The position numbers and the translations under genes were made by a program. From Catajapyx aquilonaris (lineage: Eukaryota), in NCBI GenBank assembly GCA_000934665.2, contig KZ538413.1, positions 1 to 64,000 of the forward strand: a stretch of DNA of 64,000 nucleotides, written 5' to 3'. The notes below the pieces were generated by a model. The model made no database searches, was not told the origin of the DNA, and saw only the letters and a list, made by a program, of their open reading frames with translations. Shown piece after piece: positions 1 to 13,132 of this stretch (positions within the stretch are counted from its first letter, which is position 1; every line of letters begins with the position of its first letter).

Positions 1-273
1 CTGATATCTTAAAACGGAATATGCCAAAAAAATCCAAAAAATATGGGCGAATTTATTATGTAGTTTCCAAAATGAAGGCTAGTTCCCCATTAGTGATTAA
101 AAGTAAGAATAACTTGCAATGACACCCGTCCATCATACACCCATCAAATTACTTTCATATCATCCTCGGAGGAACTTGATGTCGCTCGCACTCTGCCCAA
201 TGCACTTGAGAAGAATTATTACACTTTTGGGCTCGTGAACGAAGGAAATTCTGTCTCTATTTACTCATCAGAC

Positions 274-281
274 TATAAAAG
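274..281 (+). promoter_or_regulatory. Candidate TATA box for GR isoform A
   Basis: TATAAAAG about 35-40 nt upstream of ATG 313. Confidence 0.35.
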
Positions 282-312
282 GTGGAGGAGGAATTGCCGA
301 GAAGTGCAAACC

Positions 313-2262
313 ATGCTGTCTTGGAGACGAAACAAAGTTCTTGTCAAGTCTAGAGTTGAGACGAATAATTGGTTGCCTCTTCCAGTTTCATCTTCTTTTT
401 GGTTCGTTCTCAGACTAACCAAAATTGTTGGCTTCTTTCCTGCCAAGCATGTATTGAGAAGAGGGAGGCCTACACCACATGTGAGTAATACACGTAACTA
501 ATGCCAATAATACATATTTCAGAACGTATGTCCTCTTGATACCGATGCAAATCAATACGGAGACCACTCGACGTATGCCCCAGGGGGATCATTAGGGGTA
601 GTTTTTAACTGGGAAGGTTTTTAGCACATTGGACTTGACCTCCGAGGTCATCCTTGGCCGCAGATGCGAAAGGCAAGAAAGCAGGAACCCCGGATGTAGC
701 ATCGATCGAGGGAGAGATCGAGGATCGAGGGAGAAAAAGAGGGACTTCATGCACATGCAATATGCTCCATGTTACAGGTATTCCAACATAGGTTTCTCGA
801 GAGAACATAGGTATAAAAGGTAACTACTAAATCCTATGGAAAAGTATTTCATAACCCGAGCAACGCCGGGTATCCTGCTATTCTTACTAAAATGCCACAC
901 ACGCAGTGAAACCATTATGATAAACTTACTAACTTTATAGGTCGTTCTGCTGGGGTTGGGCATGATATTTTCAAGGTCGCCTCCAAATTTCATTATTGTG
1001 ATTCCTCACATTGACGCAAGTCTAATGGAGATAGAGTCCCGAGAGAGTAGATTCGGTTAGGTTGGATTGGGCAAGGTCAGTACAGTATAACTAGGTTAGG
1101 TTAACATAAAATTTATGTTACCTTAACCTAATATTAAGTTGGCATTCCGAGAATCGAAGGGACCAGAGGAAAACTGAATGGTATATAATTATCGATTATA
1201 TCAATGTACCGGTACCGTAGTTATTCTATTTTAAATCGTCGTGTATAACGTGTTGCATGGTGTCAGGATGACCAAAAAATCTGTACCATCCTTTGTTGAA
1301 AAAATAGCCGAAGAACCTTATCTGGATTTTAGCACATTTCCTCCTATTTTGTTCATAACGATGTCAGCGTATGGTTGACCGTCGGGTTCCATTTGAATAT
1401 TTGAATCATCCTTGTACAGTAGTGTTACTGTATAATCCCAATCTCGATTTTTTTGTTTTTTTTGTTTTTTTTTGGTCCTTAGCGCATTTGGATTTCCTGG
1501 GAAACCTTGTGGAACACCATAATGTCCTCGTTTGTGATCATCCTGTGGATTGCCAATGCGGTTAGAATACGCGGGGACGTCGGTAGCAGCACAGACACAT
1601 ACGTAAAGAAGGGGTTAAAAATGATCACCCTTCCTGCCTTCGTTATGGAGATAGCGTGGACCACGGCTTATTGCCCTCGTCTCTGTCGCCTGATCCACCG
1701 CTTTCACCTCCTCGACTGCCGCTATTCCTGGCTTCAGGTGACTGCTAATTCAAAGGCCTTGTCCGCTTACACCATTATCAGGACCGTAGTTCCTTTAATA
1801 GCTCTTCACACATGCAAAGCTATGAGCGCAGTGCTGAAGCTAGTTGAGCATTGGAACCAAATGAGCTCCATTCAATTGGCCTCAAAGATGTTCCTCTACC
1901 TGATGCTGAACGTGAAGAACTTACCCACCAGCCTGACAGTGCTGATGTGCGATGCCTTGTGTACCCGCATCAGGTCCTTGGCCCTGTCCTGGAAGCGCTC
2001 GCCTGCCATTGTCTACTGTCCCCGGTCAATGTCGCTCTGCCACAGGTGTCACCAGGACCTGCTCCAACTGGTGTCGGAAGTGAACCACTGCATGGGAGTA
2101 ATGCTTCTCCTGGATTACGTCACTGCTCTGGCTTATTTGGCGGCTTACCTCTACTACCTGGTGACTGGAGCGCACAATATGGCCTTCCAATTGATGTCCG
2201 CCTTGGAGTGGGGGCTAAGGCTTCTCGTCCTCACCCTTCTGTTGGACAGGACCTCCGCCGCC
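313..2262 (+). CDS. Gustatory receptor (7tm_7 family), N-terminal coding region A: exons 313-480 and 1483-2262; predicted to splice to shared exons 6272-6742 (410 aa)
   Basis: ATG 313; donor GTGAGT at 481; polypyrimidine acceptor TAG ending 1482; frame continuous; donor GTGAGT at 2263 (phase 0). Multiple hydrophobic helices and the GR-type motif CHQDLLQLVSEVNHCMG. N-terminus LRLTKIVGFFPAK resembles LRFTKAAGRFPAK of region B. Confidence 0.8.
855..881 (+). mobile_element. Degenerate Helitron 3' end in GR intron
   Basis: Hairpin CCCGAGCAACGCCGGG followed by a decayed CTAG; same hairpin as at the end of the intact element 16922-17295. Confidence 0.5.
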
Positions 2263-3744
2263 GTGAGTATACACTCATTCGCACTCTTGCTGATCTACTT
2301 GGAGTATAGGCTATACGTACCTTACCGTCCCTCTTTTCAAAGGTGTCGCTCGGTCATTCCGGTCAGACATCGTAGACATTTTCAGGTATTAAACGTTACA
2401 CCTTCTTGGCGCATAAACCAAAGTAATTACTCGAAATTTTTGTCAAGTTTTATATCTTTTCAAAACTTGGAACTGATTGTGTCCTGATTATCAGTCGTAT
2501 CTGTTTATTTATTTATTTGAGGGACCGCGCCGATTCCAAAAGCTTTTGATCGTCCGATTTTGCCATGTCAACTTAATGAGGCATGGGGCATACTATTAAG
2601 GAATGAGGTTGTGTCTCAGTGCAATGTTTGACCTTCATAATTATGAGGCTGGGAATATAAGTGGCAAGGTGAACCGTACGTTATTGTTGTATGTGAGCAT
2701 GATCCAAACAACAAATTAGTGCCAAAGCAATAAATGACCCAAAATGCCAAAAAGTTCTATAAGTATTTCGTTTCGGTTCATCTTTATTTCGAAAAGGCTG
2801 CTCAATTTTAGCAAGGTCCGCAAATAAAAGCATGCCTACATATTGTCCATTTTTGAGGGCGAAAAAACGATTGTCTCTGATTATCCCGTTTATTACGAGT
2901 ATTTCAGAAATAAAAATCCACGCGATCGCGATCGGTTTGAGACACACTTTATCCAAAACTACTGTATTAAATGTTGTTAAATTTTAGCCGTTTTGTTATG
3001 AGCTACCTTTGCTCTAAAGATCATGCGTCTGTATTATCTATTATGTCCAAGAATGCAATTAATTGCATTTAAAAATTACATTACAACGTGAAGTTTTTTT
3101 TGTCTCTCGGGAAGAGTAAAACATTATGCACTCAGCACAGCTTCTTGACCATGGGTCCCTCATTTGTTTTGTAGGGGGACATACGGTACCTTTCGGGAAC
3201 ATTGGGCAACTTCCTAGGGTTACATGTATTATACATTTTAATGTGGTATATCATTCGGTGATAATAAGCTCACCCTCACAGTGGTATGTGCCAATATCTC
3301 ACAGGAATATATTACAAACTCCCTATTTTAAAACTCAGATTAGTTTAATTCGTGCCGGAATTATCAATCAATCAATCAATTTATTTATTTACTGTATTTT
3401 ATTTTACCTCATTGCATCGGCGCAATGAGGGACTTACATCCCGTACATTTTAGAACACTAATAGACTAATAATAAGAGGGGTCCCTGCTCGGAAGTAAAT
3501 AGATCTTTGACATAATCACACCGGATGCCCAGTGTCCTGGGGGCGGAGCACTCAGAACCCCAGCACAGCCTATATACTGTATAAAGAAGAAACAATGTTG
3601 CAACCAGAAAGGTAATTTAACAACCAGCTGGGGAGGAGGGGAACATAATAGGTAGTTTGATATAATTTTACAGGTTGAGGTGCCATTTGGCCACATACAG
3701 AGCTTTGGTGATGTCTTTTAGTGGGGTAACAAACATAGATTACA

Positions 3745-4024
3745 CAGCATGCCCTATTTGCCTACCCCTCTGGCTGACTTGAGGCTGCGATTTAGCTCTG
3801 AAAACCGATCACTAATTGCGTCTATACCAACAAGAGTGTCAAGAAGACCATCCTAAATTGCATGATGCCGACCACAATTCCCACAAAACCTATAAACACT
3901 TTTATCGCAACCATCTGCCGGTGACACTGAAGATCCACCATTAGAAAGACCAACAAACCACCTCTGACACAGGCTGAAGCTAAGGTTCCACCCGGAAGGA
4001 GGTTTCTCCACGTGACTTTTGACA
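3745..4024 (-). repeat. Inverted, near-identical copy of GR exon B segment 5479-5756 with a 2-bp frameshift
   Basis: Reverse complement encodes SKVTWRNLLPGGTLASACVRGG...MVFLTLLLV, then a TA insertion; only scattered substitutions relative to 5479-5756. Confidence 0.95.
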
Positions 4025-5000
4025 ATTATATTTTATGAAGGGTAGGGGAAGGATAAGAAATTTAATAGTTGTTATCATTTACTTATACAACCGTAATAAT
4101 GCTGAGATTCGGCAAATTTGTTTAGCAAAATAATTTCGTCACATTAAAACCTGTAAAAGCGCTTTTACTTTAACTGAAACGTGTTTGTTGTAGACCTAAA
4201 TAACACGGCAGATTTTGTCTTCCCAAATCTGCAGTATTAATTCTTTCAGCTGTGAGTAATTCATGGTATGATAATATTTCAATAACTCACAATGCGTGTC
4301 ACATGTCTCTCACAGCTTTCTCGTGACGTATAATACAGATGGAATGCATATTTTATATTCAAATACCCGTGACTGACTGAAATACTCCTATCTTGCAGAA
4401 TATCGAGTGGAACTCATTCAACTCTTCATCATTATCTCCTTCCATTAGCCCACTTCCAAAAGGGACTGCCAACATTGTTAACGCGTCTATTAGTACTATT
4501 ACATAATCTTCTCTTATCCTGAGACAATCTGACATGCAAATCAATGCTCCTAAATCGTTAGGCAAAACAATGCCTGTCCAACTTCTTTAACAACCATTTG
4601 GTCATAATGCAGACTTCACTTTGGTATAGTGACATTTATTTCTGCTATAGTCTTGCAGGGCTCGGAAATACTCGGCTGCCCATCACTTATGTCACAGGGT
4701 TTTATTATTATGACACACTTCCAACAGCAATTCCATCAATCACCTTTCTATAGCGGGAGGGTCGAGCAAGTTGGTCCTAATGCGCTACTTTCAGTACTCA
4801 AGCTAAGTCGCATGGCATCATTATACTAAAAATTCCAATAATTAGGAGACGTGCCCTTGAATGCTGATTATAACTACCTGCATATTATTCAGTGTGTAGT
4901 TTCCAGTTGGGGTGGAATGCCTCTTACAGTCACATGTGAGTCAGGAGTATCAAAGGGTGCAAACTTCAAGGTTCATGAGAGTTGTATGACGGAGACAGGA

Positions 5001-6742
5001 ATGAAGAGAAGACACGTCCAAGTGGGCACGCGCTGGTCGACGGTCTCTAATAAGCCAAGATCTCTCAGAGGACCACCTACACCGCCAGAATCAGTGGTGC
5101 CTCCCCTTTTGCTGCTGACCCTCCGATTCACCAAGGCCGCAGGAAGGTTTCCGGCTAAGAATATCTTCCTGCACGCAGATCGAGGGCCCCAATTCCGATG
5201 GCTGTCCTTGGATGTGCTGTGGAGTTTTCTCTTCAACGTCTCAGTGATCTGCTACTTTTATGCACTCAGTTGCTGTCTGTGCCCACCACCGAAAGACAAC
5301 AACCCTCCTCCTGATCACACAATGGCTACTGATACTGACATAGCTGTGATCTTTGCATACATGGTTCTCGATGGGATTGAAACGACCATTGACATGGTGT
5401 CTGCATTTTTTTTCACGCCATCGCTGTGCAACCTTATAACACGCCTCATGGAGTCAGGCACCAAGTCAGGCTGCAGCATGTCTAAAGTCACGTGGAGAAA
5501 CCTCCTTCTGGGTGGAACCTTAGCTTCAGCATGTGTCAGAGGTGGTTTGTTGGTCTTTCTAATGGTGGATCTTCAGTGTCACCGGCAGATGGTTGCGATA
5601 AAAATGTTTATAGGTTTTGTGGGAATTGTAGTCGGCATCATGCAATTTAGGATGGTCTTCTTGACACTCTTGTTGGTAGACGCAATTAGTGATCGGTTTT
5701 CAGAGCTAAATCGCAGCCTCAAGTCAGCCAGAGGGGTAGGCAAAGAGGGCATGCTGCGGGAGGTCAAGTGTCATCCGTGGTACCCACATCACGACTACTT
5801 TTGGAAGCACCTGAGATATTTTTGTGAGCGACACCAGGGGCTAAGTGTGCTGACGAATGACGCCAGCCATAGCATTGGGTGGTACTCACTCATGTTCTAT
5901 CCGATCTGCATCTGTCGCATCGTCTTCTCTCTCTACTTGTGCCTGACTTCTCCTTTCTGGAATATGAAATATTTATTCGTCATTTCTGCAGCTGACAGCA
6001 TCCTTTTATTCTTTTGTAATGTCATCAGTTTGGCGCAGTTGCCTTCTCAGGTAGGCTATAGTATTCTACGAGTGAAGTACTCAAAAAATGAATATATTAT
6101 ACATGTTGCCCAATGGGTGAAATGCCCAATGTGTCTCTGTAATATTTATTAATTCATAGTAATAATGCCATACGTCTGGTAACATTTGAGTTTTACGTCT
6201 GAGATAATAAGATTATTATACTCGTATCACATTCCTTATTATACAATCTGTCCTATACTTTCATCACACAGGCCAACGCAGCATACGATGACCTGAGGCA
6301 GCTCAGCATGCTAGACCTTCCACCGGAATGTCAATTTCAGGTGATTCTGTTGTTATTGTTGGCTTTGTTTCCATTCGGTTGATAAAATAATATAAATCAA
6401 TTGATTGTTACGCAATATATTACAGCTGCAAATATTGCTGCAACGAATGTCCGGAACACCAGTGGAATTCACGGCTGCCAACTTCTTCTCCATCAACCGC
6501 CGCCTTTTGACTTCGGTTGGTAGCCTACACATGGCAAAACGTTCTGCACATACTGTGTAGAATATTTCGAAAATGTCAGAGAAAACGGCTATAATAATAC
6601 CTTCTATTATTCTCAGGTTGCAGGAGCAGTGACGACATACCTAGTGGTTCTCATGCAGTTCAAGGCGAGCGAATGTGGCCAATCAAGCTATGGTGCATCG
6701 GCAACGACAATCGCTTATAACTCGTCTTTTAATATCAATTAA
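5001..6742 (+). CDS. Gustatory receptor isoform B: exons 5001(or 4986)-6050, 6272-6340, 6426-6515, 6617-6742 (about 444 aa)
   Basis: Three phase-0 GT-AG introns near the C-terminus, the typical insect GR layout. Exons read ANAAYDDLRQ..., LQILLQRMSGTPVEFTAANFFSINRRLLTS and VAGAVTTYLVVLMQF (GR signature TYxxxxxQF); stop TAA 6740-6742. Confidence 0.93.
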
Positions 6743-7871
6743 GCATATATCCAATATTACAATAGTGTAAATGCCCATGGGCCATTGTGAATAATATTAA
6801 GACTTTTGACATCGGTACCGGTAGACCTACTCACGTATAAGATACAGTACACTACAGGGTGTTCAGAAAGACCCAACAAACTTTTAGGGTGACCCGAGCC
6901 ACCAAGAGCGACTTGCTGCAGTGGGTTGTCCAGAATGGTGCAAAGTAATAATGGCACATGTAAAATTAGCAAAAGTGGAAAAATGGTAAATAATTGCACA
7001 ACTAAAATAAAAAGTCCAGTTGTCGGAGAGGAAGGGCAGAAATGAATTTTTGCGCTTCCTGGTCGAATTAATGTCTGTAACCCAACATAACCATCCACAC
7101 GTAGAAATGCTGTAGATGCTTCTTCATTACAAGTGAGTTACCGTATTCGTTCTCCAGACAAAATTCATCTTAAGAGCAAGTCAGTGCATGTGCCAATAAT
7201 TAACGTTTCTGCCTATTTCTCATCATTTTAAACACTGTGGGGCAATACTACCCATGGATCCGAGTAATTACCCCAGGCCACAGCCATGCGTTTTAGAAAA
7301 TACATGTACAGCACTTCCATCTAAAAAGTTGCAAATGAAAACGTCAGAGGGGTCCAAACTGCACATACCTAGTATTTGTAAAATGTACGACACAATAATG
7401 TACGTAAAAGTCCCTTTCTAAAATGTAATTGCAACTTTCAACAACACGTAAGACACATAAGATGATGTGAATTGCAAAAGATAACTTTTGTCCACACCAT
7501 AGCTATGGTCCACACCATAATATTGTTTCTGATCACACTTTGACTGGCATTTCTCTCATGTGCTCGTAATAAACAAGGAGCCAGGGAGTAGCACTATAAT
7601 TTATTGGAATCATTCTTGAACTTTCAGAATAGGAGATACTGACGTGGGCGAGATTGCCTATCGCTCGTCATTACCCGACAGAAGTCCAACTATTGGAACG
7701 GTGTATAACGTGTATTACTAGTAATCCACTTTGTGTACTGTATAGTGCTACTGGGAACACGTGAGCAACACGACAATGCAATAGGGAGGCTGATAGGGGG
7801 GAAGGAAAGAAGAAATGTTAGTGAAGTATAAGTATAACGTATAGATAATACAGTAGTTATATGCTCTTCCT

Positions 7872-8145
7872 CTCACAAGGGACACTTTCCAATTGCCACT
7901 CGCGGATTTTCATGAAATGGTGGATTGGTAGCCCACTCCAAGGGATGAAAGACGCACGAAGAATGACCTGCCCAGAATGACCCTGTGGCCCCTTTTTTGG
8001 GGTGCAGAGGTCAACTCGTGAGATTCCAACAGAATTTCTTGAAAATTGTTGGATTGGTAGCCCACCTCAAGAATGAAAGATGAACGAAGAGTGACCCGCC
8101 CAGAATGACCCTGTGACCCCCCAAAAAGGGGTCACAGGGTCATTG
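7872..8145. mobile_element. Fragment of the foldback DNA element family seen at 29716-30798
   Basis: Shares CTCACAAGGGACACTT..., GGTAGCCCAC..AAGGGATGAAA and GACCC..TGACCCC subrepeats with 29849-29995. Confidence 0.65.
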
Positions 8146-8418
8146 CTCTGTTATTATTGGCTACATTTACACGAAGCACCCAGGTAGACCTACTTACTAT
8201 ATTATTAGTGTTAAGTACCCTAGACAATAGGTATTGTCTAAGTTAAGTACGATATTTGGTAATTTCTATACACTATTTAGGTTTTCATGAAGTAAAAAGT
8301 CATATTCGTTACACTGTGTGTAGGCCTACAGAGTATTGTACTACATAGAAGCTCTGTCTTTTTGGAGATTTGGAAATGCCCACCCTAGTTACCATACATG
8401 TTGCATTATACTCTTGTA

Positions 8419-8703
8419 CAGTAGACTCCACAAAACAGACTTAAAGGGACCGCCGAAGTCAGTCTGTTATAACCGAGGTCTGTTATATGTAGGCTACAGG
8501 GTGTTCCAAGTTCGGGGGCCACTTCTTGATAACTGGTAATATCGCCAGATAGCAGTTATCCAGAAATGACCCCCGAACTTGGATCACGCTGTATAGCCAA
8601 ATACACAGGCTGTATAATTATACGGAAGTGTGACGGGACCAGCCTTTCGAGTCTGCCGAGAATATGTTATAGCCGAGGCTGTTATAGTCAAATGTATTAC
8701 CTG
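8419..8703. mobile_element. pogo/Tc1-like MITE containing a nested MITE at 8497-8591
   Basis: TA|CAGTAGACTCC left end. Nested element has TIRs CAGGGTGTTCCAAGTTCGGGGG / CCCCCGAACTTGGATCACGCTG flanked by TA. Confidence 0.55.
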
Positions 8704-9151
8704 TCTAATAAGTCTGCCTTCAAATGAATTTTTCAGGTATAAAGTTGATCATCGTGTAAGTTTACTGCCATCAGTTAACATTTTGGGGCATAACAAAGAA
8801 ATCCAAATGCATAGTATTTACCTGAACTTCCAGAAACCCATGCTGAGTTGGTGCTGTTCGTTTGTAGAGTGGCTCCTAAATCAATGCAATGATGTGTAGC
8901 CATAGCAGGTTTTAAAACTTTGTAAGTAAAAAACTAAAAAACTTCAACACTTTATTAACTTGGAATAATATAGTGACCCTACAGAACAATGTAAGATATT
9001 CAAGGTACCTGGAATTTGCTTACTGTCATGATGATGGTCCTGTCAGGCTTGTGCTTAATGGGGAATATCAGGAACTTATTATTATTTTAATTCTCATACA
9101 AAAAAACTTGCACCCATCCCATTTTTATACCCTGCTGGACATTATTTTGCA

Positions 9152-12100
9152 TTACAGCATCTGTAGGACAGAAATAATGTATTGTCGCATGCCCATCAGG
9201 TTAGGCCCCACAACAACATCATGTGTCGCTTGGCCGTGCCCGTTCTTCAGCAAAAGATCAGAAACCAATTCTCCTTCCAAGTTGAACAAGTGGATGCGAG
9301 CTTTTCCTTCCCGCTGTAAAAAATTATATACAGAAATATCAGTCAAATTTCACCACAATAGTTAAAAGCAGACAGTAGGCCTACATTGTAGCGTAGACTG
9401 TGTAGACTTGTAGAGCAGCAAAAAATTATCAGATTGACCTGGGGTAGGTTTACACGACTAAAACCAAATCAATTTCATCTTACAACGTGCCCTATGCCCG
9501 ATTGCACCAACCGCAATTACCCATCCGATAGCTCCTACGTCCTAATGGATCGTTAGGAGCCCTTTTAACTTGCGCTAACGATCTGTTAGGAGCTATCGAA
9601 TCGGTAATTTCGTTAACTAGTGCAATCGGGCATAGAGGTATAATATTGGATTGCACATTGTGCATATTTCATTTAAAATACCTAGCACCAAATGTAGTTG
9701 GGCCACAAAGCACCATCAATATTATTACAAAACTCTAAACTTGTTACAGTCCAGTTAACAGCAAAAAGTTATGCACACATTCCAGCAGGTTCTCTCCTGT
9801 GTCTATACTGTAGGCTACGTATATTATAATGAATCATACGATTGCCACCTACTCGCGCATGAAGATTATTCGTAACCTTGTACCAGTAGGTCTAGTTCAT
9901 GGATTGTTATCAAAGTATGTGACAATTTGGATGTATTTGGATTTTTTTATGCTCGTGACCATAATATCACAAGGCTGTAGTGTAGTCTATTATTTTCTTA
10001 TTTCCATTTCAATCCAAACAGGCTCACAACATTTGCATTGCTTCTGAGGGCAAACACGTATATTAATTATTTATCACCAAAAATCATCTGGATACTACAT
10101 TATTTTTATCTCTGCAGTGCTGTGGGACAAAAAATAGTTCAAAACCTAATTCCAGTAATCAGGGAAGTTCTATTCGATGTACAGTAGCAGTGCTGGCCAA
10201 TAATCGAGGCAACCTCCAGCGACATTTTTCCGAAGCGGCAGAAGAAGGAATCGCAGATAAGCATTCTACAAGCCGGGCGAGCCAGATTCCTTCTTCTGCC
10301 GCTTCGGAAAAATGTCGCTGGCGGTTGCCTCGATTATTGGCCAGCGCTGTACAGTACCAATTCCTTTTCACTCTAACAAAACAAAATGGGTTCATCCTGT
10401 TACGTCTGGGCGATATTCCCTCAATTAATTCATTACTCAAATAGTGGGGACCAGAGTGAGCTCGGAAAAAGTAGCTGCTTAGTTGTCTCAAGTACCAAAC
10501 CTCAAGAATGACTCTGGTAGAAACATGACACTTCAGAACAATGATGAGCTGAATGATGAATGAAGTTGGGCAGAGCAGTATCACCACAATTTCGGCGATA
10601 AAAGTTCATATAGCTATACAAATGTACAAGTATTGGCAGAGCTACTGTGTGTCAAAAAAGAGCCAACACATACTGTGCCATTCGAGTTTCATAAGCCCGA
10701 GGTCATTGGGCACATCTTTTCAAAATGTGTGAAATTGTTCTTTTGACCTATATTGCTTCAAAATATTATTCACATATGAAAAATGAAGAATCACAATGGC
10801 ATGCTTTGTAATTTCTGGCATTCAGCATAATACACCTCCAAGAAGCTTCTCAGTCACTTATCTTGTAGAGATTACTTGACCTCCAAGAGAGAAAATATAG
10901 CCTAGGCTATCATAATAATCTGAACAATTTCAATGTGACCAACATTTTTAACCCTGATCCACTGGCAACGTGAACAAAATCTTCAGAAATAATTGAAGAA
11001 AAAAAGGAGTTGCGATTATTTTAGGGCAAAACTCACCATAGCAATGCATTCCACCTTCAGACCACCCTGCTTTGCAATGTTACCAAGCAGGGCACTTGCC
11101 TCTGTGGTCCATCCTCCTTCTTCAGCCTTTGGATTCACACCCGCAAGACGGCAGTGGGTGACAAGGGGTGGCACGTTCTCACAGTGCTGGGGAAGGTTGA
11201 CCATATCCTCCAGGTCTACTCCACCTTTGTTTCCAAAATCCATGTACTCTATGGTCAAAGGGTCCATGGAGATGACCTTAGCTCGGTACCACCCGCCTTC
11301 ACATCTGGCTGCAACCATACGCCCACAATGAAGACCAGCTGGGTCAATGGGTGATATAGAACTGCACTGCTGCTCCAACACAGCAGCCATGGCTTTGAGG
11401 ATTTCTGCATTGCTTGAGAGATGTAGCCATATACTAGAAGGGGAATCAAAATGAGCCACAGCGCAGCTCAATTTTTCACCCTTCCTTGGTGAAAGAGCAG
11501 CAGGTTCATCAAATGGTGTGGGCATAGGGTAATTATTTCTCGGCTCAGGCCCTGAAGTGGCAGATTCAGTCTGTCCTTTTGCATCTGTCTTGGAAGGCTC
11601 ATCCTCCAGCATCTCTGGATCCTTGCATCCATTCTTTGCAGAACTACTTTCTTGGAAATTGGATCCTCTCTTGCCTCCACCCCGTCCTCCATAATCTTCA
11701 TTTCGGTTGGGTCCCTGCTGCTCACATCCTTCAGTTGCAGCAATGTTGTAGTCTGTTTGATCAAGTCCTTGTGAGTTGCTAGGTCTGCCGCTGTCATGTT
11801 TGTTAGGCCCATTCCTATAACCCATAGACTTACCATTTAAGTTTTTGCGTTGTTCATTCCCATCCTGAAAGCCTTGGGTGTCATTCATCTCATTGCTTCC
11901 ATCCCTCTGGTCACTGTTGCCCTGAGGCCGACTCCCATCACATTGAAAGTGGCCTCTGCTACCACGCTGTCCTCGCCTTCTCTGCCTTCCTCGACTTGCC
12001 TGATCATTCTCTCCACCCCTCATCTTGTTAGATCTGCCACAACCTCTAGGGCCCTTTCCCACCTCATGCCATGGAAAACTGCAGTGAGGAAAGGACCACG

Positions 12101-13051
12101 GGTGACTCCTGGCAGCTTCAGCAGATGCTTGGGTTCCTCTCTCAAGTGCCCTGGTCAAAATAAGTACCATTACTACCCTGATGCAATTATTATTATGTGC
12201 ACAACTTTCTCTTTAACTCTGAGTCATTCATGCTCACCTGTCTTATGAGAAGGGCAGTATAGCATTTTATATTTTCTTTTAGAGGCAGTGCAAAGGAGCA
12301 TGAGATGGCACAGGCAACAACATAACACTGGCATAACAGTGTTTAGCAGACATCAGCACTAAAAGGTAGCCTACGAGGCATTTGAACCTTATGAAATTCT
12401 GATAAGGTACTGGCATAGCAATGGACCAAGGCTAAAGAGTCGTAGGAGGTCTACTCTTACATGCTTTTCCAGAAGGGACTTCTCACCAGGACACTTTTGG
12501 CCCAGGTGGCATAAAGGCATGTGACACTATATGCTTCCATAACAGATCTACTGCTGCTTTGTGATGGGCCCAACAATTTGTTCATTGACAATACATTTGA
12601 CTGGCTCATGCTCCCTTTACTCATCCTTGTATATCACATGATCAAAAAATATTTAAGAACTTGTTGAATCAACAATGCAGTAGGTCAGCCACAGCAACAA
12701 TTTCTTCATGTTTAGATCTAATGTAGGCCAGTAACCAAGCCTGTCTAAATAATATATCATAACTTTTTGGGACAAGCAAAAACAAAGAAGATTTACCGGT
12801 ACATTATTAGTAACAGTAAAAGGGTATCTTGATAGTTCAGGAGGAGTATTTGAATAAAAGGCACATGAGAAATTGGTGACAATAACAAATTATGTTATAC
12901 GGTATGATTTCACGAAAGATTTTGCACAATTTTCTGTCGTCATGATCACAAAGTGTGTGATGCTTTGTGCATGGACAGAACTGGAAAATCAGCCAATGCA
13001 ACTTCGGCGTCACCTGTTTTTATAAACTTTCCCTCTGTCCATTATTTTGGC

Positions 13052-13132
<81 letters not shown>

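Noticed and set aside
2263..2487. ORF-track extension of GR region A (and 6051-6152 for B)
   Set aside because: Read-through into introns beyond strong donor sites.
3674..3719. Weak resemblance to the GR terminal exon (acceptor, then ...GCCACATAC...ATG) as a private C-terminus for region A
   Set aside because: Needs two indels, lacks the QF signature and has no recognisable preceding exons; at most a decayed relic.
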